Shown here piece by piece: positions 50,029-57,675 of a DNA stretch of 57,675 nucleotides. A program made the position numbers and the translations under genes. The first letter of the stretch is position 1. Every line of letters starts with the position of its first letter. Source of the stretch: Candidatus Limnocylindrales bacterium (lineage in GTDB: Bacteria; Moduliflexota; Moduliflexia; Moduliflexales; JAUQPW01); assembly GCA_035559535.1 (NCBI GenBank), contig DATMBG010000057.1:1-57675 (forward strand), written 5' to 3'. The notes beneath the pieces were generated by a model. It ran no database searches, was not told the DNA's origin, and saw only the letters and a list, made by a program, of their open reading frames with translations.

Positions 50029-50598
50029 ATGAGAATAGAGGGAAATCATACCTTAAAAGGAAAACCAGAAAAAGTCTGGAACACCTTGACCGATCCGGAG
50101 ATTCTTGCTAAATGTATCCCGGGTTGCGAGAAATTAGAGAAGACCGACGAGGATACCTATAAAGCAACCCTTAATATGGGAATTGGATCTATAAAAGGTA
50201 CCTATACCGGACAGGTCAAGCTGGTGGATAAGCAACCTTATTCCAGCTTTAAAATGATTGTTGAAGGAAAAGGAGGACCCGGCTTTGTTAAAGGAGAAGG
50301 GGTCTTGAATCTACAAGAGCAAAACGGTCACACCCTGATTACCTATCAGGGAGATGCTCAGGTGGGCGGCACCATTGCCAGTGTAGGACAACGCATGATC
50401 CAGGCTTCGGCTAAAATGATCATCGGCCAGTTCTTTACTGCCCTGGATATGCTCCAGGAACAACAACCTCCCTCCTCTGAGACCTCCTCAGGAGGAGCCC
50501 CTTCAGGAAGTTCGTCTCCTCCATCGAGTTTTTTTTTTAAAGTCACCCTCCGATACCTTTGGAATGAGCTAAAGAAAATCCTCGGAATTAAAATTTAA
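50029..50598 (+). CDS. coxG: CoxG (SRPBCC) accessory protein
   Basis: VWNTLTDPEILAKCIPGCE, VGGTIASVGQRMI; C-terminal amphipathic tail. Confidence 0.88.
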   Translation: MRIEGNHTLKGKPEKVWNTLTDPEILAKCIPGCEKLEKTDEDTYKATLNMGIGSIKGTYTGQVKLVDKQPYSSFKMIVEGKGGPGFVKGEGVLNLQEQNGHTLITYQGDAQVGGTIASVGQRMIQASAKMIIGQFFTALDMLQEQQPPSSETSSGGAPSGSSSPPSSFFFKVTLRYLWNELKKILGIKI

Positions 50599-50781
50599 CT
50601 TCCATTCCCCGTCTCCCCTCTCCTTAAAGGAAAGGAGAGACGGTGCCAGACTTTGATTCCTTCCCTGTCTTCCTGAAAAGGGGGCTTAAAGGATCAGGTA
50701 ACCTCAAGGAATCCATCCAACAGGACATCCCCATAGGGAAGTAAAAGAGGATCTTTTCTATCTTTCTTTTCTTTAAAATTT

Positions 50782-50860
50782 AGTTAGGATCTTGACATTT
50801 TACTTCTTAACCATATATTAGTCTCATATGGTTCGTATCTTAATAATTAAGTTCTTAACT
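50782..50860 (+). promoter_or_regulatory. sigma70 promoter overlapped by three putative MarR operator sites
   Basis: TTGACA 50792 and TATATT 50814; related 16-mers agttaggatcttgaca, ggttcgtatcttaata, aattaagttcttaact. Confidence 0.55.
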
Positions 50861-50915
50861 ATTTTAAACCGTAAAAAGGGTTATAAATTTCTTCTTCATC
50901 GGCCTTGATTTTTAT

Positions 50916-51500
50916 ATGAGCCAGACATCCCAGGTCCGGTTGGACAAACGTAAGTATTATTCTCAAGACCAAATCATTCGACATGCCCAAAAGTATCCGG
51001 CGTTTCATTGGCCTACCACGGAGTTACTTTTGAATCTAGTATATGCCTACGACCTTATTGCTACTTATATTGCCCGAATTCTCAACAGATATCATCTCTC
51101 CCTTTCAGCTTTTAATTTGTTGATTATCCTGGCTCGTAGTGAAGGTAAAGGACTTCCTCTCCACGAGATAGGGGAAGCGTTGTTAGTGAGTCGGGCAAAT
51201 GTAACGGGATTGGTGGATTGTCTTGAGCGGAGAGGTTTAGTAGAACGCGTGGCCCATGCAGAGGATCGGCGTGTACGGATTGTACGGATTACCCAGAGTG
51301 GTGAGGGGCTCTTAGAATCCATACTACCCGGTTATCATGGAGAAGTCAGAGAATTGGTAAACGAGTTGAGCGATGAGGAAAAGGCTCAGCTAAACCGGCT
51401 TCTGTTAAAATTGCAAGATAGCATTCTCCATACAGTTGAGAAAAAATCCAAGAAACGAGAAGATGGCCTCATGATGGATAATATGGGTAATGGAGGGTAG
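50916..51500 (+). CDS. MarR-family transcriptional regulator (EmrR-like)
   Basis: VSRANVTGLVDCLERRGLVER...EDRRV..V.IT..G. Confidence 0.92.
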   Translation: MSQTSQVRLDKRKYYSQDQIIRHAQKYPAFHWPTTELLLNLVYAYDLIATYIARILNRYHLSLSAFNLLIILARSEGKGLPLHEIGEALLVSRANVTGLVDCLERRGLVERVAHAEDRRVRIVRITQSGEGLLESILPGYHGEVRELVNELSDEEKAQLNRLLLKLQDSILHTVEKKSKKREDGLMMDNMGNGG

Positions 51501-51677
51501 AATTCATAATGCTATAGTCTTCATCCTTTCTCCCCTCTTTCACAGTATAGGAGAAGGGTTGATGAGGGGGATGGGGGAAGTCGTGAGTACCATATCGAGA
51601 GTGAGCTGACGAACTTGTTTTACTGAATTGGAAACAAGTTAAACGTAAAGCCCACTCCAATATGGGAAAAGAATATC

Positions 51678-53156
51678 ATGGACGAGGTTGAAATTTTAAA
51701 TTCATCCACCCAGGTCCAGTCTTCCAGGCTGAGTAAAGTGGATCAAACTATTACAGATCTGCCGGAAACGGTGCACGAGGAAAAGAACTTACCTGGGACC
51801 TCTTCAGCGGTAGCGGCGCCTAAGATCGTCCCAGAGGAAGATGGCCAAATCAAGAGACCTTTTTATCGGCGCCCTCGGATACTGATAGCCATAGCAGGGC
51901 TATTCATAGGGGGAATTCTCCTGGGTTTACCTTATTACAACCATGTCATATCCTACGAATCGACCGATGATGCGTTTATTGAAGGGCGCATCATCCAGAT
52001 CAGTCCAAAAGTATCTGGGCACATCTCGAAGGTATATGTGATCGATAACCAACAAGTCAAGGAAGGTGATTTACTGGTTGAGCTGGATCCCCGTGATTTT
52101 GAAGCACGGCTCGAGAATTCAAAAGCTTTACTACAACAGGCTATTTCAAAACAGAAAGCGGCTCAATTGAATGTGGATTTGACGGATGTTACCTCTCAGG
52201 CCAACGTCCAACAAGCCTATTCAGGGGTACAATTGGCTAAATCCGGTTTACAAACGGCAAATGCAGAATTAATAGCGGCACGCAATCGGCTCGAGCAGGC
52301 TCGAGCCCAGGTTAAGACGGCTATAGCCAATGCTGAACAGGCCCAGGCACAGGTGGCAGAGGCTGAAGCTGAAGCGACGCGGGCCAACACCGACGCACAA
52401 CGTTACCAACATCTTTATGAGCAAGATGGAATTATATCGCGTCAGCAACTGGATTATGCTTTGTCTGCTGCCCGTAAAGCAACCGCCCAACTGGAAGCTG
52501 CTCGTAAGCAGGCTGCAGCAGCCCAAGCCAGAGTTGCTGAAGCCCGGGCTGCGGAGCAAGTAGCCGTTGAAGGTCTTCACCAGGCTGAGGCCCAGGTAGC
52601 AGAAGCCCAGGCACGGGTTGGAGAAGCCCAAGCACGTCTAGCTTCGGCCAATACAGCTCCCAAGCAGGTAGCCATTAGTAGCTCTCAGGCTGAAGCAATT
52701 CAAGCTGAAATCGAGCAGGCCCAGGCGATGGTCAAGCAGGATCAATTGCAACTCTCTTACACAAAAATCTATGCGCCGGAATCTGGACGTGTAACCCGCA
52801 AAATGATCGAAGAAGGTGCCTTTGTACAGGTTGGACAGGCTTTGATGGCGATTGTCCCCGATGAATTTTGGGTTATAGCCAACTTCAAAGAGACTCAACT
52901 TGCCAGCATACGCCCAGGACAACCTGTCCATATTAAAGTGGATGCTTACCCCGATAAGATTTTCAAGGGTCATGTAGATAGTATTCAAGCAGGTACGGGA
53001 GCGCGTTTCAGTTTGCTACCCCCTGAGAATGCAACGGGTAACTTTGTTAAAGTAGTGCAGCGGGTTCCGGTTAAAATTGTTTTTGATGAGAAACCAGATT
53101 CAACCCATCCCTTAGGTCCAGGTATGTCGGTTGTACCGGAGGTAAAAGTAAAATGA
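51678..53156 (+). CDS. emrA: EmrA/HlyD family membrane fusion protein
   Basis: ESTDDAFI, ANFKETQL, FSLLPPENATGNFVKVVQRVPVKI; long Ala/Gln coiled coil. Confidence 0.92.
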   Translation: MDEVEILNSSTQVQSSRLSKVDQTITDLPETVHEEKNLPGTSSAVAAPKIVPEEDGQIKRPFYRRPRILIAIAGLFIGGILLGLPYYNHVISYESTDDAFIEGRIIQISPKVSGHISKVYVIDNQQVKEGDLLVELDPRDFEARLENSKALLQQAISKQKAAQLNVDLTDVTSQANVQQAYSGVQLAKSGLQTANAELIAARNRLEQARAQVKTAIANAEQAQAQVAEAEAEATRANTDAQRYQHLYEQDGIISRQQLDYALSAARKATAQLEAARKQAAAAQARVAEARAAEQVAVEGLHQAEAQVAEAQARVGEAQARLASANTAPKQVAISSSQAEAIQAEIEQAQAMVKQDQLQLSYTKIYAPESGRVTRKMIEEGAFVQVGQALMAIVPDEFWVIANFKETQLASIRPGQPVHIKVDAYPDKIFKGHVDSIQAGTGARFSLLPPENATGNFVKVVQRVPVKIVFDEKPDSTHPLGPGMSVVPEVKVK

Positions 53157-54763
53157 CGGCCAATCCAGCAAAAAAGAGTTCGGTCCGAGGAGCCAACATG
53201 GGTAATTTTACCCAAAGCTGGCAACCCAGCGCCAATCCCTGGCTTATCGCGGTGTCTGTTATGTTGGCTACCTTTATGGAGGTTCTGGATACCTCCATTG
53301 CCAATGTGGCATTACCCCATATTGCAGGCAATCTCTCAGCCAGCATCGATGAATCCATGTGGGTCTTAACCAGTTACCTGGTCTCCAATGCGATTATCTT
53401 GCCGGCAACGGGTTGGTTAAGTAATTTCTTCGGCCGCAAGCGGTTCTTAATGGCCTGTATAGTTCTGTTTACGCTTTCCTCTTTAGCTTGTGGTTTTGCA
53501 ATAAATTTGGGGATGCTGGTCTTTGCACGGATCCTTCAAGGGGCCGGGGGAGGTGCTTTACAGCCCATTGCCCAGGCTGTTTTATTGGAAAGCTTTCCAC
53601 CGGCCAGGCGTGGAGCAGCTATGGCGGTATTCGGCTTGGGGGTCGTAGTGGCACCGATTATCGGTCCGACTCTGGGAGGATGGATTACAGATAATTATTC
53701 GTGGCGATGGGTTTTTTATATCAATTTCCCGGTTGGAGTCCTGGCCATCCTGATGACCCAGGCGTTTGTCGAGGACCCTCCTTATATCAAGAAATCGGTC
53801 CATGGCCGAATCGATTATGTCGGTTTCGGACTCATGGCCATCTGGCTGGCGACCCTTCAAATTCTACTGGATAAGGGACAGCAAGAAGACTGGTTCGCAG
53901 CCGCGTGGATTCGTTGGTTTGCCTTCATCTCTGTTATTTCAATGATTGCCTTTATCCTTTGGGAGCTTCGATCCAAAGAGCCCATCGTTAACCTGCGTAT
54001 CTTGACCAATCGTAACTTTGCCTTTGGTACGTTATTGATAACGATTGTAGGCATGGTGCTTTACAGTACACTTGCATTGCTACCTCTGTTTTTACAAAAT
54101 TTGATGGGCTACCCGGCCCTTCAAAGCGGTATGGCTATAAGCCCACGGGGACTCGGTGCCATGTTATCTATGATCATTGTAGGCCGCGTCATAGGTCTCG
54201 TAGACAACCGATTCCTTATCGGTGGGGGCTTCGCAATACTTGCTTTTTCGGTATTTTCGCTCGGTCATATTAACCTGGATATCGGAATGGCAAGTGTAGT
54301 ATGGCCGAATATCATAAACGGTTTAGCCATGGGCTTTATTTTTGTTCCGCTATCCACAATGGCCATGGGAACTTTACCCAACGAGCAAATTGGCAACGCA
54401 ACAGGCATTTTTAATTTGATGCGTAATATTGGAGGCAGTATTGGGATTTCGGCTGTGACCACATTACTTTCACGTAGCGCCCAAATTCACCAGGCGATGT
54501 TGGTTTCTCATCTGACGCCCTATGATCCGGAGTTCCAGCAGCGGCTTCATGTCCTTCAAGGAACCCTTACCTCCCAGGTGGGTCCGGTTGCGGCAGTTCA
54601 AGGGGCCTATGGCATGATCTATGGAACTCTCATCAAGCAGGCTACGTTACTGGCATTTGTAGATAATTTCCGGCTGATGAGCTTACTGTGCCTTTTCTGT
54701 ATCCCCCTGGTTTTGCTCCTTAAAAAGGTCGGTAGGAGAAGCGGCCCGGCAGCTCTACACTAG
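53153..54763 (+). CDS. emrB: DHA2 MFS efflux permease
   Basis: MEVLDTSIANVALP, WVLTSYL, GPTLGGWITDNYSWRW, LDKGQQEDWF, NLMRNIGGS. Confidence 0.93.
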   Translation: MTANPAKKSSVRGANMGNFTQSWQPSANPWLIAVSVMLATFMEVLDTSIANVALPHIAGNLSASIDESMWVLTSYLVSNAIILPATGWLSNFFGRKRFLMACIVLFTLSSLACGFAINLGMLVFARILQGAGGGALQPIAQAVLLESFPPARRGAAMAVFGLGVVVAPIIGPTLGGWITDNYSWRWVFYINFPVGVLAILMTQAFVEDPPYIKKSVHGRIDYVGFGLMAIWLATLQILLDKGQQEDWFAAAWIRWFAFISVISMIAFILWELRSKEPIVNLRILTNRNFAFGTLLITIVGMVLYSTLALLPLFLQNLMGYPALQSGMAISPRGLGAMLSMIIVGRVIGLVDNRFLIGGGFAILAFSVFSLGHINLDIGMASVVWPNIINGLAMGFIFVPLSTMAMGTLPNEQIGNATGIFNLMRNIGGSIGISAVTTLLSRSAQIHQAMLVSHLTPYDPEFQQRLHVLQGTLTSQVGPVAAVQGAYGMIYGTLIKQATLLAFVDNFRLMSLLCLFCIPLVLLLKKVGRRSGPAALH

Positions 54764-54836
54764 ACTTCTCCAACTAGATCCTCACAATCCCCGGTTCAAT
54801 CTGGATCAGATACCCTTCCCTGGCGAACAACTCTCA

Positions 54837-54860
54837 CGCCTGCCTGCCGGCAGATAGGCG
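54837..54860. repeat. Short palindrome downstream of emrB
   Basis: cgcctgcctgcc|ggcagataggcg (10/12 paired). Confidence 0.4.
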
Positions 54861-55089
54861 TAAACCCCTTAAGCTAAATCAAACCAACGGTTTCTATTAT
54901 CCAAAATAAATATATCTGGTATTAAATTTGCCAAATCCCATAACCGGATTGATAGAGCCTGGCTTTTTTAGGTACCTGCTAAAGGCCTGTTCTGAAGTAC
55001 CTCCCTTACCGAATCATACGGATATTATCCCATGTATTCAACTCTCCCCCCCCCCTTCTTATTTTTTAATGCCGATAACCACTTTAGAT

Positions 55090-55506
55090 TTAATGGTTAT
55101 GAATATGCACGGTGGTAGCAACATTCTGACCATTCACTACTTTGTACTTTACATTCACATGCTCTCCGACTTTAATATCTGCAATGGTTCCTGGCCGATT
55201 ATTGTTACCTATAAAGATATGGGTCTGATTGGTAACCAGGATAGAAACATCATTACCGGAAGTTTTATCTCTCACACTGATGGTCAGTGTACCATCCGGG
55301 TTGGGTGTGACTGCGTCAATAACTCCTTTCACAGACTGGGATTTAAAACTTTCTGTAAAGCTTTCAATGGGGATATCCTCTCCCTGGGAAGTAAGCAGGC
55401 TCTCTGGATTCCTGGGAGCGGTTGGGCTATTGTTCGAACAACTGACTGCCATAAAGATAAAAGTTAGAATAACGGTTAAATTCCTGACGGAGGATTTTCT
55501 TATCAT
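55090..55506 (-). CDS. Lipoprotein with small OB-like beta domain (DUF5666-like)
   Basis: Lipobox AVSC; VKGVIDAV..LTISV..VTNQTHI..IADIKVGEHVNVKY..ATTVHI pattern. Confidence 0.6.
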   Translation of the reverse strand: MIRKSSVRNLTVILTFIFMAVSCSNNSPTAPRNPESLLTSQGEDIPIESFTESFKSQSVKGVIDAVTPNPDGTLTISVRDKTSGNDVSILVTNQTHIFIGNNNRPGTIADIKVGEHVNVKYKVVNGQNVATTVHIHNH

Positions 55507-56094
55507 AATATTTTCTTTACATAGGTTTCGACTCAACACAGATAAAGAAATAGGTTGTCTACTTTCTGATTGATTCGTCCTATTTTATAGGTTTTTTTGA
55601 GCATTCATATCTCATTTGTCAGCAGACCAGATCTACGTCTCTTGATGCCAAAGAAAGAGTAAAGAAGATCAACGGCAAAGCTAAACTAAAAAATGATAAG
55701 ATTTGTAATTGTTAACACCTTAGGAAGGGATATAGGAAAATTTTGGTACGAATCTTCGCCCATCTTTATCTTTCTCTAAATGAAAAAGGGTATTCACGGG
55801 AAAGCTATCCACGTAACTCCTTTTTTGTTTTTAAAATCTTCTCTCCTGGAGTACCTATAATGCCTGATACTTAGGGTTTAGTGCAGAATCCTGCTCTTTG
55901 AACGGCACCTATCGCCACTGCTGTTCTCCTGTGTTTGGCATAGGCACGTTGGGTATTATTTATTACCCACGGAAATTAACTTATCTAAGGCAAGCTGGGA
56001 TGGATAAACACAGAGGAAGGTAAGCAGGCAAGGATCCCTGGTCCACCCCTCTTACTGAACTGGTGTATGAAAGACCTTCCCTCTTACACCATTA

Positions 56095-56110
56095 AGCAAG
56101 AGCGGTACCA
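56095..56110 (-). promoter_or_regulatory. sigma54 (-24/-12) promoter
   Basis: Minus strand TGGTAC-CGCTC-TTGCT. Confidence 0.55.
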
Positions 56111-56174
56111 TAGAACTCCTGGAGCAGGGATTATCAAGAACGTATGGAAATGGGGGCTATATTCTCAGGTCTTG

Positions 56175-56284
56175 CTGTCATAGTTCCATGACAATTCACC
56201 TGGCATCTAAGTAAGATTCCCCTTGGAACCTAAGGAAATAGAAGCTGTAATTTTTTAAGTCCTGTTGTCATAGTTCAATGACAA
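56175..56284. promoter_or_regulatory. Two palindromic operator/enhancer sites 90 bp apart
   Basis: ctgtcatagttccatgacaa (56175) and ttgtcatagttcaatgacaa (56265): TGTCAT-N6-ATGACA. Confidence 0.6.
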
Positions 56285-56409
56285 AAGAATTAAAATTAAA
56301 TAGTTAATTTTGAAGATTTTTCCATCAGGTCTGGTACAAAGCTTGTACTCTTATAACAGGATAGGCAAAAATATCCTTCAAAACTTATGAACTGGATAGA
56401 TTTTACAAG

Positions 56410-56748
56410 TTACGAACAACCTGGACCTTTAACTTCCCTTGCCGCCGTATCGGCAGGAAGAAGACCTGCCAGGAACCCTTGGGGGTCTGCCTGATACGCA
56501 TCGATAAAGGTTTGAAGTTGTTTAAGAACCTTCTCCCGGGTGGAGAGTCCATATCGATAAATATCCATGGGGCCTATGAGCTTGAGATAATAATGATTAC
56601 CTGCATCATATTGGGTGGAACAGGCACTGGGTTTATGGGCAATGCTGAGCAGGTTACCAAAGGTTGCTGCAAATTTGGCAAGCACAGGTTCCTTGTGAAG
56701 ATCACGGGGAATTTCCGGAAATCTGGCAATTAATTCCTGAACCGTCAT
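56410..56748 (-). CDS. Hypothetical protein (112 aa)
   Basis: GGAGG RBS, ATG start, plausible composition; KPSACS and C-terminal GPGCS. Confidence 0.65.
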   Translation of the reverse strand: MTVQELIARFPEIPRDLHKEPVLAKFAATFGNLLSIAHKPSACSTQYDAGNHYYLKLIGPMDIYRYGLSTREKVLKQLQTFIDAYQADPQGFLAGLLPADTAAREVKGPGCS

Positions 56749-56901
56749 GCGTGTCCTCCCTTCTGGGCAAAAAGAGCCTTTATTTACTTTTAAAAATTAC
56801 TTACTTATTTTATTTTATCCAGTGTGAGAGAAAAGTCAAGAGTCAGTTAGACTTTTGTAACTGTAACAATTTAGTAGGTGTCACTTTTTCTGTCTGAATA
56901 T

Positions 56902-56978
56902 CCCCTGGCCCCCCTCCAGGGGGGACTTCATCAGCAGCAACCCTATGTCAGTCCCCCCTGGAGGGGGGCCAGAGGGGG
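56902..56978. repeat. Long GC-rich inverted repeat (REP doublet-like)
   Basis: cccctggcccccctccaggggggact / agtcccccctggaggggggccagaggg; each arm is itself a short hairpin. Confidence 0.75.
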
Positions 56979-56999
56979 GTGTTTCTTTTTCTACCTAAA

Positions 57000-57022
57000 G
57001 TCAAACGAGACGTTTAACCTAC
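57000..57022 (-). repeat. GTAG-type REP copy 3
   Basis: Minus strand GTAGGTTAAACGTCTCGTTTGAC. Confidence 0.65.
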
Positions 57023-57099
57023 TAATATTAATACGGATACTAGACTTTCTCAACCTGGAAAGGGTATACGATGATGAAACCTATGAAGGAGTAATTTAT

Positions 57100-57324
57100 A
57101 TGGATTCTTTAGATAAAAATGCAAAACAGAGGGTCAGCATCCTCTACACTAATTATCGGGGTGAAACGGCTGTGAGAAAAATTATACCCCATCAAATCTG
57201 GTTCGGAAAAACCCACTGGCATCCCGAAGAACAATGGTTTTTGGATGCTTTTGATATTGAAAAACAAGCAGAAAGAAAATTTGCAATGAAGGATATAAAA
57301 GCCTGGTTTGTGGAGAAGGAATAA
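57100..57324 (+). CDS. Stand-alone WYL-domain protein (74 aa)
   Basis: AAGGAG RBS; VSILYTNYRGETAVRKIIP..WFLDAFD..KQAERKFAMKDI matches the WYL pattern. Confidence 0.75.
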   Translation: MDSLDKNAKQRVSILYTNYRGETAVRKIIPHQIWFGKTHWHPEEQWFLDAFDIEKQAERKFAMKDIKAWFVEKE

Positions 57325-57532
57325 TTTGTATAGAATCGTTGTTACGGTACGACAGTATTTCGCAGCTTTAATAAGCTATTCCCATTTCCCAGGTTATCTT
57401 GCAACTTCTTCATCATTTGTTTCCATATTGAGCCACGTACGAATCTGGTCCTGTTCGTCAACCAACTCAATTGCCCGATGCGGAGGACCAATGGAACACT
57501 TTGCCAAACATCGGGTTGGGATTGGGTCGCGA

Positions 57533-57675
57533 TCAGGATAACTCGTTAATATCGGTGTAAATCTCCACACCTAACTCTCGGGCCAACTCTTGAGTACCAG
57601 CCTCCACATGGGGCGCAATAATCAACTTGCGGTCCACCTGCCGGCCCGTCTTCCGCATGTAAAAAGCTACCTTCT
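57533..57675 (-). CDS. C-terminal fragment of DUF3782 / PD-(D/E)XK-like protein (runs off window end)
   Basis: Manual translation KVAFYMRKTGRQVDRKLIIAPHVEAGTQELARELGVEIYTDINELS*. Confidence 0.55.
   Translation of the reverse strand, partial: KVAFYMRKTGRQVDRKLIIAPHVEAGTQELARELGVEIYTDINELS

Noticed and set aside
54928-55573. Plus-strand ORFs of 179 and 114 aa
   Set aside because: Antisense shadows of the minus-strand lipoprotein, which has a lipobox and a domain pattern
56878-57099. N-terminal half of the 148-aa ORF
   Set aside because: Reads through palindromic repeats; the RBS supports ATG 57100

Overview
Core-genome segment of a diderm bacterium of moderate GC; the lineage cannot be fixed from sequence alone, though the gene orders resemble Desulfobacterota/Nitrospinota-like groups. 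Left to right it carries: a partial SMP-30/gluconolactonase gene, a rubrerythrin-VIT1 fusion, acnA, a half-size UPF0016 transporter, sdhCAB and a haloalkane dehalogenase. A minus-strand run follows (pheA-hisC-aroF-aroA-aroK-aroC-cmk-plsC-rpsA-sppA), then an orphan Tat-exported solute-binding protein. The next minus-strand run is cysS-rlmB-TolC-like, a pilin-like TPR protein, Zn-ADH, tenA, argH, a 928-aa FN3 lipoprotein and lysA. After that come a truncated chemosensory cluster (pseudo-receiver, HEAT, cheR, cheW), cobD, gltX, a form II cox-like SLM-G cluster, marR-emrAB, and a small accessory end (sigma54-like region, stand-alone WYL, DUF3782-like fragment). I saw no rRNA, tRNA, CRISPR or transposase. 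The most striking non-gene signal is a dense, multi-family population of palindromic micro-elements: inverted tandem arrays of 7-, 8- and 9-mers, GTAG-type REPs and nested hairpins. They fill many intergenic gaps and also appear in frame inside rlmB, the rubrerythrin-VIT1 linker and the FN3 lipoprotein. All calls come from reading motifs by eye; no searches were run.
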